This document shows positions 40,449 through 50,510 of a stretch of DNA of 64,000 nt, in pieces (positions within the stretch are counted from its first letter, which is position 1; each line of letters opens with the position of its first letter). Source of the DNA: an uncultured Gemmatimonadales bacterium (GTDB lineage Bacteria > Gemmatimonadota > Gemmatimonadetes > Longimicrobiales > RSA9); NCBI GenBank assembly GCA_963783305.1, contig CAWAMW010000007.1:352001-416000 (forward strand). The letters run 5' to 3'. A program made the translations under genes and the position numbers. The notes below the pieces were generated by a model, which had not been told where the DNA came from, ran no database searches, and saw nothing but the letters and a program-made list of their open reading frames with translations.

Positions 40449-41584
40449 AGGGCACCGAAGCGTGAGGGTGCGAACGACGCGAGGTCCCCGGGCGACAGGC
40501 CGTGGCGAGCGGCAGTGGGATCTCCGTCGAGGATCGCGCCGGAGATGATCTCCCCGATGAGGGGTCCGAGAAGGATGCCACTCCGGCCCGCACCGGTGGC
40601 GTGGAAGAGTCCCGCTATCTGCGGGTCCGGTCCAAGGATCGGCACGCCGTCGATGCTGATGGGTCGAAGGTCGGCCCACTGCTCGAGCGCGTTGCTCTCC
40701 ATCACCGCGGGTACCAGGCGGGCGCAGGCCGCGCGGATGTCGTTCGCGCCACTCTCGGTGATGGAGCGGTCGAAGCCCGCATCCTCCATGGTGCTCCCGG
40801 CGAGGACGGTGTGGTCGGAGCGCGGGACGAGGTAGCGGCCTCCGTGGTTGGCTGCGATCCGCCGGAGCGGGAGGGGTCCGGGGGACATGCGGAGCATCTG
40901 GCCGCGGATGGGTCGGACCGGCGCAGCGGCGAGCCCGGCGCTCCATGCGCCGGCGGCCACGACCACCCGGTCGGCACTCACGCGGCGCCCGTCCTCGAGC
41001 ACTACGCCCTCCGCGGCCCCGCCGCGCAGAGCGATCTCACGGACGGGGGTGCCCGTGAGCAGCCGGATGTCGGTGCGGCGGAGCGCGGCGTCGAAGAGGT
41101 CCACCAGCCGCTGCGCGTCGACCTGCCCCTCGTCCGGCAGCCACAGCCACGACCGCGCCTCGGGGCCCAGGCCTTCCTGCAGCTCACCGGCCTCCGCGGG
41201 AGACAGGATCTCGGCGGACTGGCCCGCCGCGCGCTGCCAGTCGACAGAGGTGCGCGCGTCGCGCTCCTCCGCCTCATCGAAATTCGCGACGAGCATGCCG
41301 CTGACCTCCAGCGGGAGCTCGGCGCCCGCCATCTCCCCGAGCCGCCGGGCGAACGTCGGCCAGGCCGCGCGGCTCACAATGCCGGCGCGGTACAGCGGAC
41401 CGGGGCCGGGCGACTCGTACTGCGGAGCGATCATGCCGGCGGACGCGCCAGTGGCCGCGTTCGCCGGGCGACCGGAATCGACGAGGTTGACGGCCACACC
41501 CCGTGACGCCAGCGCCAGCGCTGTCGAAACGCCCGCCATCCCGGCGCCCACCACCACCACCTCCAGCATCGATCCTGCTGCCAT
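40445..41584 (-). CDS. thiO: Glycine oxidase ThiO / D-amino acid oxidase family FAD oxidoreductase
   Basis: VVGAGMAG, ASAGMIAP, AAGAWS, PIRGQ, YLVPR, LRP and RSGILLGP. Confidence 0.8.
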   Translation of the reverse strand: MAAGSMLEVVVVGAGMAGVSTALALASRGVAVNLVDSGRPANAATGASAGMIAPQYESPGPGPLYRAGIVSRAAWPTFARRLGEMAGAELPLEVSGMLVANFDEAEERDARTSVDWQRAAGQSAEILSPAEAGELQEGLGPEARSWLWLPDEGQVDAQRLVDLFDAALRRTDIRLLTGTPVREIALRGGAAEGVVLEDGRRVSADRVVVAAGAWSAGLAAAPVRPIRGQMLRMSPGPLPLRRIAANHGGRYLVPRSDHTVLAGSTMEDAGFDRSITESGANDIRAACARLVPAVMESNALEQWADLRPISIDGVPILGPDPQIAGLFHATGAGRSGILLGPLIGEIISGAILDGDPTAARHGLSPGDLASFAPSRFGAL

Positions 41585-41906
41585 CCCGTTCCGCCTCCTG
41601 AGCACGTATCCCGCCGCAGTCGCGTATGCGGCCGCGCGACCCTCAACCTGTCCAGAGTCGGCCGGCCGCGCGAGGGGCGACCGCTGGCCCTGACCCCGCT
41701 CGAGCAGGAGATCGGGGAGAGGCCGGCGGGGCCGCCCACGGACCGGGGCGAGCGCGCGAGCGAGGACGAGCAGGGCTTGCGCGGGAGGGACCGCATCGCT
41801 AGACCAAGCGGAGCGGTGTCGTGGGCGGTTCCCGGAAGGGGCACGTCCGGAGCGGCGCCGGACGCGGCGGCCGCCGCCCCATCGTCACAGCCATACGAGG
41901 ATCGAC

Positions 41907-43952
41907 ATGAGGATTCTCCCTGCGGGTCTTGGAGCCGCCCTGATCCCGGGCGCGCTTCTCCTTGCGCTGGTTGCCACACCGCTCGTGGCGCAGCGACCGA
42001 TGACGCCGGAGGACCTCTGGGCCATGGGTCGCGTCGGCACGCCCGCGGTGAGCCCCGACGGCCGGAGCGTGGTGTACCCGGTGACCCGCTACGACCTGGA
42101 GGACGACCGGGGCCAGACGCAGCTCTGGCGGGTGCCCGTGTCGGGCGGCGAGCCCCAGCAGCTGACCACCGGGAGCGCCTCCAGCAGCTCGCCGGCGTGG
42201 TCGCCGGACGGACGGTGGATCGCGTTCGTCTCCGCGCGCAACGAGGAAGGGCGGCAGGTGTGGCTGATGCCGGCGCAGGGCGGGGACCCGCGGCAGCTGA
42301 CGCGGGTCGAGGGCGGCGTGGGCGGCCCCGTGTGGTCGGCTGACGGCTCGCGGTTGGCGGCGGCGGGCGAGGTGTGGGTGGAGGACGACGCGCTGAGCGA
42401 GCGGATGCGGGAGATCTCGGGGTCCGGCTCCAGCGCCATGGTCTTCGACGAGCTCATGTACCGCCACTGGGACGCGTGGGAGGACGGCATGCGGAGCCAC
42501 GTGTTCGTGGTGGACCCGGAGAGCGGCACTGCGCTGGACCTGACCCCCGGCGCGTTCGACTCGCCGCCGCTCGGTCTCGGCGGCTTCCAGGACTACCACC
42601 TGAGCCCGGATGGTGCCGAGCTGGCCTTCGTCCGGAACACCGATGTGCCCACGGCGGTGGGGACCGGCAACGACATCTGGCTCGTACCGACGGCGGGCGG
42701 GGAGCCGCGGCTGCTCACGGAAAGCCACGGCAACGATGTAGCGCCCCGCTACTCGCCCGACGGCCGCTGGATCGCTTACCTGGCGCAGGAGCGGCCGGGG
42801 TTCGAGGCGGATCGAGCCGTGCTCACTCTGTACGACCGCCGGACGGGGGAGCACCGCCCGCTGACCGCGGAATTCGATCGGTCGGTGCAGTCCTTCGAAT
42901 GGGCGCCGGACTCGCGAGCCATCTGGTTCAACGCCCAGGACGAGCTGTACGTGCGGGTGTATCGCCTTCCGCTCCGGGACGGAATGCCGGGGTCGATCGA
43001 GGCGGTCACCGATGAGGCGTACGATGGCGCGTTCGCCCTGGCCGGGGACGGTCTGGTGGTGGCGCGGCAGGAGGCGCACATGCCCACGGAGCTGTTCGCG
43101 GTGGACGGTCGGGGCGCGGTGGAACGGCAGCTGACGCATACCAACGAGGCGCTCCTGGAGGAGCTCGCGCTCCAGCCGGTGGAGCCGTTCTGGTTCGAGG
43201 GGGCGGAAGGGGCGCGGGTGCAGGGATTCCTGGTCAAGCCGCCGGAGTTCGACCCGTCCCGCAGCTGGCCGGTGGTGTTCCTCGTCCACGGTGGGCCTCA
43301 GGGCGCGTGGTCGGACAATTTCCACTACCGCTGGAACTACAACATGTTCTCGGCGCCGGGCTACGTGGTGGTGGCGGTGAACCCGCGCGGGAGCACGGGC
43401 TACGGCCAGCGCTTCACCAATGAGATCACCCGCGACTGGGGCGGGCTCGTCTACACGGACCTGATGAACGGGCTGGACCACGCGCTGAGGGAGTACCCGT
43501 ACCTGGAAGAGGACCGCATGGCGGCCGCCGGCGCCTCGTACGGCGGCTACATGATGAACTGGTTCCAGGGACACACCGATCGCTTCCGGACCATCATCAA
43601 TCATGACGGTCTCTTCGACCTTCGGAGCATGTACTTCGCCACGGAAGAGCTGTGGTTCCCGGAGTGGGAGTTCGGCGGTACGCCGTGGGAGAACCCGGAG
43701 CTCTACGACCGCTGGAACCCGGCGGCCTTCGTGGAGGAGTGGGACACGCCCATGCTCGTGATCCATGGGGCGCAGGACTTCCGGGTTCCGCTGGAGCAGG
43801 GGCTGGCGGCCTTTACGGCCCTACGTCGTCGCGACGTGCCCGCCCGGCTCCTGGTGTTCCCGGACGAGGGCCACTTCGTGCTCCGGCCATCGAACGCGCT
43901 GGTCTGGTGGAACACCATCTACGACTGGCTGGACGCGTACATCGGCGACTGA
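41907..43952 (+). CDS. S9 family (dipeptidyl-peptidase V-like) serine peptidase, secreted
   Basis: Signal peptide, PD40-like WSPDG repeats, HGGPQ, GASYGG, DFRV and DEGH. Confidence 0.93.
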   Translation: MRILPAGLGAALIPGALLLALVATPLVAQRPMTPEDLWAMGRVGTPAVSPDGRSVVYPVTRYDLEDDRGQTQLWRVPVSGGEPQQLTTGSASSSSPAWSPDGRWIAFVSARNEEGRQVWLMPAQGGDPRQLTRVEGGVGGPVWSADGSRLAAAGEVWVEDDALSERMREISGSGSSAMVFDELMYRHWDAWEDGMRSHVFVVDPESGTALDLTPGAFDSPPLGLGGFQDYHLSPDGAELAFVRNTDVPTAVGTGNDIWLVPTAGGEPRLLTESHGNDVAPRYSPDGRWIAYLAQERPGFEADRAVLTLYDRRTGEHRPLTAEFDRSVQSFEWAPDSRAIWFNAQDELYVRVYRLPLRDGMPGSIEAVTDEAYDGAFALAGDGLVVARQEAHMPTELFAVDGRGAVERQLTHTNEALLEELALQPVEPFWFEGAEGARVQGFLVKPPEFDPSRSWPVVFLVHGGPQGAWSDNFHYRWNYNMFSAPGYVVVAVNPRGSTGYGQRFTNEITRDWGGLVYTDLMNGLDHALREYPYLEEDRMAAAGASYGGYMMNWFQGHTDRFRTIINHDGLFDLRSMYFATEELWFPEWEFGGTPWENPELYDRWNPAAFVEEWDTPMLVIHGAQDFRVPLEQGLAAFTALRRRDVPARLLVFPDEGHFVLRPSNALVWWNTIYDWLDAYIGD

Positions 43953-44005
43953 GCCGCCCGGTTCCCAGCGATCGCTGGAGTCTGGCAGGTCGCTGAAGGC
44001 GCGGT

Positions 44006-44177
44006 GGGCGGGGAGCGAACCATCGCTGCGCTCCCTGTCGACCGCGTCGCTGCGCTTGCTGGTCGATCTCCCCCCGCGCCAGCGGGGTCCTCGGGGAGCG
44101 CAGCGACCCACGAGGATCGACCCCCGCGCCAGCGGGTCCCGAAGGGAGCGGAGCGACCGCAGGGATCGACCCTCGAC
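44006..44177 (+). repeat. Modular intergenic repeat, copy B (short)
   Basis: Same ends as copies A and C. Lacks the central cassettes. Confidence 0.92.
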
Positions 44178-44191
44178 GCAGCCCGCCGGAC

Positions 44192-44926
44192 TCAGGAACC
44201 GCCGGAATCGGACGGAGCCCGGGGACCTCCGCCCGTGGACGCGTCCCGGCGGCGCCATCGTCGCCAGGGAGCGCCGAGGTCCTGCCAGTCCATCATCTGC
44301 TCTGAGGGGGCGCGGATGGCCAGGAGGATCCCGACCAGCGTTGCCGCCAGGACCCCACCCACGACCCCTGCGGCGGGCAGACCCGCGACCCCCGCCCGGC
44401 CCAGTGCCTCCACAATGTCGCTCGCGGGCGTCGGGTGCGTGTACAGCTTCAGGACCCAGGCCATGAGGACGATGGTGAAGATGTAGGCGTAGTTGCGCCG
44501 GATGCGGTATCCCGCCGCGGCGAACGGTCCCAGGTGTGGGACCGTTCGACCCAGGTCGCTCAGGATCCCGCGCATGCCGTCGCGGATCTCGCCTTCCCCG
44601 GGGCGCCCGTCCGGCCCTTCACCCGGCACCAGGTACGGAGCGATCAGGTAGCGGTTGAGCCCGTGGAACTGGCGCCTCCACCGGTCGTAAGCCTGATAGC
44701 GGCGTGACTCGATCAGGAGGAATACCCCGTCGAAGAACAGTGTCAGCAGCAGGACGAAGTGCGGGGCCGAGGGCGTGCCAAAGGTGAACGTGATCATCCC
44801 GGCCGTGGTTGCGGCCGCCCAGTTGGTGGTGGAATCCATCCGTTGACGCCAGACGTCCGCGTGGCCCACCACCGCCCGATAGAAGTGGACCAGAACGGTC
44901 CGCGGCTCGTCGGGGGATTCGGCCAT
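44192..44926 (-). CDS. DUF2270 membrane protein
   Basis: LVHFYRA, WRQRMDSTTNWA, IESRRY and RIRRNY. Confidence 0.85.
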   Translation of the reverse strand: MAESPDEPRTVLVHFYRAVVGHADVWRQRMDSTTNWAAATTAGMITFTFGTPSAPHFVLLLTLFFDGVFLLIESRRYQAYDRWRRQFHGLNRYLIAPYLVPGEGPDGRPGEGEIRDGMRGILSDLGRTVPHLGPFAAAGYRIRRNYAYIFTIVLMAWVLKLYTHPTPASDIVEALGRAGVAGLPAAGVVGGVLAATLVGILLAIRAPSEQMMDWQDLGAPWRRWRRRDASTGGGPRAPSDSGGS

Positions 44927-44934
44927 TCCGCTAC

Positions 44935-46239
44935 CTACCGCAGCCGGTGGATCAGGAGCGCCGCCCGTTTCGCCGACCTGGCCAAGGACGAGAGGTCCAC
45001 AGTCTCGTCGGGGGAGTGGGCGCCGCTGCCTTCCACGCCGAGACCGCCGAGCGCGCCCAGGGCGACCCGGGCGGCGGCGAAAGACAGGTCGGAAGCGCCG
45101 CGCCGGCCGGGGTCATATTCCACGACCGTGCCGTATCCCAGGTCGCGGCTCGCGGCGGAGTAGAGACTCAGGAGCTGGCGGTTCCCCTCGGTCGGCGGCA
45201 TGCCCGGGTAGCCGTCGGTGAACACGATCTCGGCGGTGGTGCGGGGGAGGTGCCGAGCGACGATCTCGCGCATCCGCGCCCGGGCACGCTCGAGCTGGTC
45301 GTCGCTGATCGTCCGGATCCCGCCGTGCACCACAGTGCGGCCGGCCACGATGTTCGTCTTCGACGACGCGCTGCCCCGGACCATTGCGGGATCGTACTCC
45401 ACGTCCGTGCCGCCCACGATCACCGCCGGGTTGAACGTCAGGTAGCGCTCCCCGCGGAGCTCCTCGTAGAACGCATCGAGGATCCGGGCGGCCTCGAACA
45501 CGGCGCCGGCTCCCGTGCCCTCCGAGAAGATCCCGGACGAATGGGCGGTGCGGCCTTCTACGGTGAGGAGCCAACCGCTGGAGCCCCGGCGAGCGGTCGT
45601 GCCGAAGTCGTGGTCGGGCCCGCCAATGGCCGTCTCGAACTCGAGGGCTACATCGCTCCGCGCGGCGAGCTCCGTCATGTCCTGGCGCGCTTCCGTTACG
45701 GGGTCGCCTAGGGACTCCTCGTCGCCGGTGAAGATGACGCGGATCGTGCGGTCCTCCAGCGCGCCCGCCGCGTGGAGCGCCCGGAGCGCCAGGATCATGA
45801 CGGCGTTGCCCCCCTTCATGTCGTTCACACCGGGGCCCCGACCCGTCATGCCATCCCGCTCGAACCACCCTTCGCCCTCGTCCACGGTGTCCAGATGCCC
45901 GATCAGCAGGACACTGCGACCCGCCGAACCGACCCGCTCCGCCACCAGGTGACCGGCCCGACCGACGTGGTCCTGCGGGATCCATTCGGTGCGGAACCCG
46001 AGCGCGGCCAGCTCCGGTGCCAGCAGGTCCGCCACGCGGCGAATCCCCTCGTGGTCCTGGGTCCCACTGCCGATCTCCGCCTGGCGCGCGAGCAGGTCGA
46101 TCCCCTCTTCGACATGGGCATCAATGTACTCGCTGACGCTGCGCTCGGTGGCGTCCAGCTGAGCCGCGAGCGGGGCGGCCACACCGAGGCCGAGGACGAG
46201 CAGAACGAGAGTGCGGAGAGTGGCGGGATACAAGGTCAT
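44935..46239 (-). CDS. M20/M25/M40 metallohydrolase (carboxypeptidase G2-like), secreted
   Basis: Signal peptide, GHLDTV, GPGVNDMKGG, GDEE and GAHSPDE. Confidence 0.92.
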   Translation of the reverse strand: MTLYPATLRTLVLLVLGLGVAAPLAAQLDATERSVSEYIDAHVEEGIDLLARQAEIGSGTQDHEGIRRVADLLAPELAALGFRTEWIPQDHVGRAGHLVAERVGSAGRSVLLIGHLDTVDEGEGWFERDGMTGRGPGVNDMKGGNAVMILALRALHAAGALEDRTIRVIFTGDEESLGDPVTEARQDMTELAARSDVALEFETAIGGPDHDFGTTARRGSSGWLLTVEGRTAHSSGIFSEGTGAGAVFEAARILDAFYEELRGERYLTFNPAVIVGGTDVEYDPAMVRGSASSKTNIVAGRTVVHGGIRTISDDQLERARARMREIVARHLPRTTAEIVFTDGYPGMPPTEGNRQLLSLYSAASRDLGYGTVVEYDPGRRGASDLSFAAARVALGALGGLGVEGSGAHSPDETVDLSSLARSAKRAALLIHRLR

Positions 46240-46452
46240 TTCACTCCGTGGAGTCGTCGCGGGGGTTCGGTCGAGGAGAGCAAGGTAGGGGCGCGGGGCG
46301 CGGTGGGGGAAGGGGCCACCGCGGACCACCGCGCGTTCACGTGTGGCCCCGGCGGAGCACGGATTGTAGATTCTCCCTGATGGTGGAGGGCGCTCCGACC
46401 GGTTATCACTCTGTCGATGCGCCGCACAGGTCACCAAAGCCCGGAGGCGCAT

Positions 46453-46920
46453 ATGGGCCTGCACACCCCCTTCCGACGGTCGCTGCCGCTCACCCTTCTC
46501 GTGATCTTTCCGCTCGTAGCCTGCGGCGCGGACACCCCCGATCAGGCCAACCCGGCGCTGCCCGGAGAGGCGCTGGAAGCGGGCGTGGTGGACCTGGCCC
46601 TCTTCGACAGCATCACGTGGGCCACGCCGGCCGCACCGGTGGACCGGGGCGCTACCGTGTACGCGTACAGCTGCGCCAAGTGTCACGGCGACTCGGGCGC
46701 CGGCAACGGCGGCTACGTGCTTCAGGGCCGCGTGCTCCGTCCGCCCTCGTTCCTCGGAGACCAGTGGCGCTTTGCCAATGACCCCACCGGGCTCCGGGAG
46801 GCGATCGTGCAGGGCACGGATCGCGGCATGCCGCACTGGGGCGAGGCGGGGCTGAAGCCGCGCGACATCAATGCGGTGGCGCACTTCATCCTGCTCCGGC
46901 TCTGGGCCGAGGGCGGCTGA
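46453..46920 (+). CDS. Monoheme cytochrome c lipoprotein
   Basis: Lipobox LVAC, CAKCH and distal GMPHW. Confidence 0.85.
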   Translation: MGLHTPFRRSLPLTLLVIFPLVACGADTPDQANPALPGEALEAGVVDLALFDSITWATPAAPVDRGATVYAYSCAKCHGDSGAGNGGYVLQGRVLRPPSFLGDQWRFANDPTGLREAIVQGTDRGMPHWGEAGLKPRDINAVAHFILLRLWAEGG

Positions 46921-46964
46921 CAGGGAGTTTGCCGGACGGAGCTCAGGGCGGATAGCTTGCCGCC

Positions 46965-47453
46965 ATGGCTATCAGAATATTCGTGACGGGCGGAACGTTC
47001 GACAAGGAATACGACGAGATCCACGGCCGTCTGTATTTCCAGGATACGCACCTGCCGGAGATGCTCGACATGGGGCGCTGCCGGGTCGAGGTGGCGATCC
47101 GGACGCTCATGATGGTGGACTCGCTGGAGATGTCGGACGGCGACCGGGATCTGATCGCCCGGCAGTGCCGCGACAGCCCCGAGGACCGGATCATCGTCAC
47201 CCACGGTACCGACACCATGGTGGATACGGCCGCGGTGCTCGCTGCGGTGGTGCCCGACAAGACCATCGTGCTGACCGGCGCCATGATCCCCATCGCGTTC
47301 GGCAGCTCGGATGGACTGTTCAACCTCGGTGGCGCCCTCGCCGTCGTGCAGGTGCTGGATCCGGGGGTCTACGTCGTGATGAACGGCCGCGTCTTCCACT
47401 GGGACGAGGTCCGGAAGAACCGGCAGACCGGAATCTTCGAGCGCACGGACTAG
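46965..47453 (+). CDS. Short-chain L-asparaginase (N-terminal domain only)
   Basis: TGGTFDK, HGTDTM and LTGAM, 162 aa. Confidence 0.88.
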   Translation: MAIRIFVTGGTFDKEYDEIHGRLYFQDTHLPEMLDMGRCRVEVAIRTLMMVDSLEMSDGDRDLIARQCRDSPEDRIIVTHGTDTMVDTAAVLAAVVPDKTIVLTGAMIPIAFGSSDGLFNLGGALAVVQVLDPGVYVVMNGRVFHWDEVRKNRQTGIFERTD

Positions 47454-47471
47454 GAAGCCCGCTGCGGCGGG

Positions 47472-50111
47472 TCAGAGACCCATGCCCAGGCGCAGGTAGA
47501 GTCCGCGCCGTTCCCCCGAAGCGAGTTCCACGGCCACTGTGCCCACCGGAGTGGTGAACCACGCGGCGCCGCCCACGGCGGTATGCCAGTCACCGGTGGA
47601 GCTCCCGTCTACCCAGACGCGACCGGCGTCGCCGAACGCCGATACCCCGAGGGTGCCGCGGGCGATGATCTCGGCCTCCGCCAGCGGGACGCGAACCTCC
47701 GCCGTCCCGTACGCCGCCGCGTCCCCGGCGAATCGCCCCTGGGAGAACCCTCTCAGGGAGCTGCGACCACCGATGAACGCGGATCGGTACACGGGCGTGT
47801 CCCCCGTCGTGGCGGCACCTCCAACCCTGAGCGCCAGGATGGGGGAAGCGGGGACGGGCAGGGGCAGGTATGCCGACACCACGGCGCTGCCGCGACCGTA
47901 CGGCCGCGCCTCGCTCACGAGCGGCACGTACCCGCCTAGGTCCACCCGGCTCAGCATACCACGACGCGGGAAGGCCTCATCATCGCGGGTGTCATGGCGG
48001 ACCCCTGCCCGGGCCCCCACCTCACCCAGTCCGCGCACGCCGAACGGCCGGACTGCGTCGAGCCGCGTGCCATCCTCCAGCTCCGGGTCGCTGTACAGGA
48101 CGGTGGCGCCCAGGCCGAGCTCCGTGCCGCTCGCCAGCGGGATGACGAGCGCGGCATCGGCCTCGTAGCGCCGGATCCAGCTGAGGGCGGAGTCGTCGGG
48201 GAGATCGGGGGTCTCGTTCCCAAAGCCGTGGAATCGCAGCATCTCCACGTTGGATAGCCGCCCGAGGACCTCGATCCGGAGTGGCGAGGTCTCCGGGCGG
48301 AAAGATCCGGTGTATGCCAGGCGGCCCCGGAGGGACTCCGTCAGGACCATGGCGGTGAGGCGCTGCCTGGACTCGAATGGCACGTGCCGAAAGCCGTAGT
48401 GCGTCCATACCGGGCCGCCGCCCACCAGGAGCCCCGCGTCGGAGACCCAGCCGATGGCCGGTGTGAACCAATTCGAGGTCTCGCCCCAGTCGCGGGGCTT
48501 GTTCGGCAAGGGCGAGGGCTCCTCCTCCGGCGGCACGAACGGGCGGGTATCCACACGGGTGCCGGACCCCCGCACAAAGCGATTGTCGCCCTCGGCGTCG
48601 TAGAGTACCGCCCCCCCCACCGAGTCGACGAGGACATCGTCCCCCTCTCCGCCCACCACGCGCAGCCGGATCTCGGGCTCCGCGGACCCCGTGTGCTCGT
48701 CCCCGTCCTCGTATCGGATCACCGCGTGGTCGTCCCCTTCGTAGAGGAACAGGCGGACTTCGCGGGTCTCGGCGGGCACGAACCGCCGCTCGTAGTAGGG
48801 TCGACCGGCGAGCCGCTCGTTCGCGGGGGCGTACAGGCGAACGGTCACCGCCCCGCTCCGATGGTGTTCGATCAGCGCGCGCTCCCGCTCGTCCGTGCCG
48901 TGGACCTCCGCCTCCTCGGCCAGCAGGTTGTACATCCGGTCTGACATCGCGGGGAATCGATCCCGGCGGGCGCGAAGCGTGGCCGCGAGATCCGCCCCAT
49001 TCAGCGACTCCCACTCCGGCGGCAGCGCCGCGATCGCGCGGTCGATGGCCGCATCGTTGAGCGAGGCGTGAACGGTGGCGGCCACGGAGTTCCAGGCAGG
49101 GCGGTCCAGAGGGGAAAGAAGTCGGCGGACCAGGTCGGGCGAGTTGGACATCATGGCCGTGAGGTCGGGATACTCGTCCTTGAATCGGATCAGCCGGGCG
49201 GCCAGCGCGGAGCGGGCGACGGCCATGAGCAGGCCGTCGTGCTGGACGAAGGCGTAGTCCCTGTCCTCGGGAATGGGGACCCACCGATAGATCCCGTCGC
49301 GCTCGTATCGCGCGAAGCGGTACTGGCCGATGTGTCGGTCCCAGTCGCCCAGGTAGATCGACAGGAGGCGCTCCGCGAGGAAAGCGGGCGCATCGAGCCG
49401 GTGCTCCGGCTCTTCCGCCAGGTGTTCGAGGACCCGGTCGCCGGCGGCGATCTTCGGGGCCCCGAAGGAGAGTGGCTCGTCGTCGTCGCCTTCGTTCGGG
49501 TGGAGCTCGAGGGTCCCGAGGAGCCCCGCGAACTCTTCACGGAATTCGCCAAGGCGCGGGTCGTCGGCCATGACGAAGAGGCGCGGGCCAGGGTTGAGCA
49601 CGCCCGCGGCCTCCAGGAGCGGCGTGGCGGCTATGGCGGCGCCGGGGTGCTGCGCCGCCGTCTGGTCCTTCCGGAGCCACTGTATGATCGTCCCTCGGGC
49701 CCACTCGGGCATGGAATGGTCGTAGCTCTTGTTCACCGACCGGAAGTTGTACTCCCGGCCGTCCGGGGCCTCGAAGCGCAGCGTGCTGGTCTGAACGCCG
49801 CCACCGCGCTCCACCGGCGTGAGCCCCCCGTGGATGTCGAGGTTCAGGATCGGAACCCGGATGGGCGCGGTCCAGCTGTCGCGGTAGCCGTCACCCAGGA
49901 GCGCCCGATGGAGCCAGCCGGCGTCGTACTCGGGACCCGCGACCACGGTGGCCGAGTCCTCCTGTGCGGACTCCCGCTGTGCGTGTAGCGGGGCGATGGA
50001 CAGTGACAGCGCCAGCCAGACCGTGAGGCAGCAGGCCGGGAAAGCGACCGGGCGTGCGCCTCTCCGGGCCGCTCGCCGGTCGGCGGTGGGGCCGGACCGT
50101 CCGCACTTCAT
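47472..50111 (-). CDS. Omp85 (BamA/TamA-like) outer membrane protein with kinase-like N-terminal domain
   Basis: Signal peptide, GGGVQT, GDWDRH and PIPEDRD, then C-terminal barrel motifs HDTRD..FP..G, IGG...LRGF...RFAG and FGDAGRVW. Start uncertain. Confidence 0.8.
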   Translation of the reverse strand: MKCGRSGPTADRRAARRGARPVAFPACCLTVWLALSLSIAPLHAQRESAQEDSATVVAGPEYDAGWLHRALLGDGYRDSWTAPIRVPILNLDIHGGLTPVERGGGVQTSTLRFEAPDGREYNFRSVNKSYDHSMPEWARGTIIQWLRKDQTAAQHPGAAIAATPLLEAAGVLNPGPRLFVMADDPRLGEFREEFAGLLGTLELHPNEGDDDEPLSFGAPKIAAGDRVLEHLAEEPEHRLDAPAFLAERLLSIYLGDWDRHIGQYRFARYERDGIYRWVPIPEDRDYAFVQHDGLLMAVARSALAARLIRFKDEYPDLTAMMSNSPDLVRRLLSPLDRPAWNSVAATVHASLNDAAIDRAIAALPPEWESLNGADLAATLRARRDRFPAMSDRMYNLLAEEAEVHGTDERERALIEHHRSGAVTVRLYAPANERLAGRPYYERRFVPAETREVRLFLYEGDDHAVIRYEDGDEHTGSAEPEIRLRVVGGEGDDVLVDSVGGAVLYDAEGDNRFVRGSGTRVDTRPFVPPEEEPSPLPNKPRDWGETSNWFTPAIGWVSDAGLLVGGGPVWTHYGFRHVPFESRQRLTAMVLTESLRGRLAYTGSFRPETSPLRIEVLGRLSNVEMLRFHGFGNETPDLPDDSALSWIRRYEADAALVIPLASGTELGLGATVLYSDPELEDGTRLDAVRPFGVRGLGEVGARAGVRHDTRDDEAFPRRGMLSRVDLGGYVPLVSEARPYGRGSAVVSAYLPLPVPASPILALRVGGAATTGDTPVYRSAFIGGRSSLRGFSQGRFAGDAAAYGTAEVRVPLAEAEIIARGTLGVSAFGDAGRVWVDGSSTGDWHTAVGGAAWFTTPVGTVAVELASGERRGLYLRLGMGL

Positions 50112-50242
50112 GCCTGGGAGCCGGCCGCGCGGTCCATGATCTCCCGCATGGAACTGAGGCGGTCGGCCACCAGCGCGGATACGACCCGGGCGAGCGCTCG
50201 ACCCGCTGCCGTTCGATCCCTGAAACCTTCTACTCCAGCCAT
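50108..50242 (-). pseudogene. Probable N-terminal remnant of a phosphoribosyltransferase-family gene
   Basis: 44-aa ORF MAGVEGFRDRTAAGRALA... carrying the FRDRxxAGxxLA opening of that family. ATGA overlap with the Omp85 gene. Confidence 0.45.
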
Positions 50243-50510
50243 TCCGTCTGCTCGTCCATTTGCAGGAACAGGATGAGCGGCCGGCTGATCCCGGCGGCGC
50301 TCCCATGGGCTGCCGTTTCGCTCGCGATTCACCGAGCCTGCAGCCACTCGCCGCGACCAACGCAGACACCGTACCTGCCCGCAAACGCCCTGGCGGGCGG
50401 TTCTCGCCACGCCGCCGTGTACCGGAAGCGCGGTAATGCGCGGCCGCGCCATTCCAGTGGCGGAGCCGGTGGAGGATCCGACAAACGTCCGGTTCGTCAG
50501 TGAGGCTTCG

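Noticed and set aside
41585..41906. TPP riboswitch upstream of the thiO-like gene
   Set aside because: No recognisable CTGAGA/ACCTG core on the coding strand.
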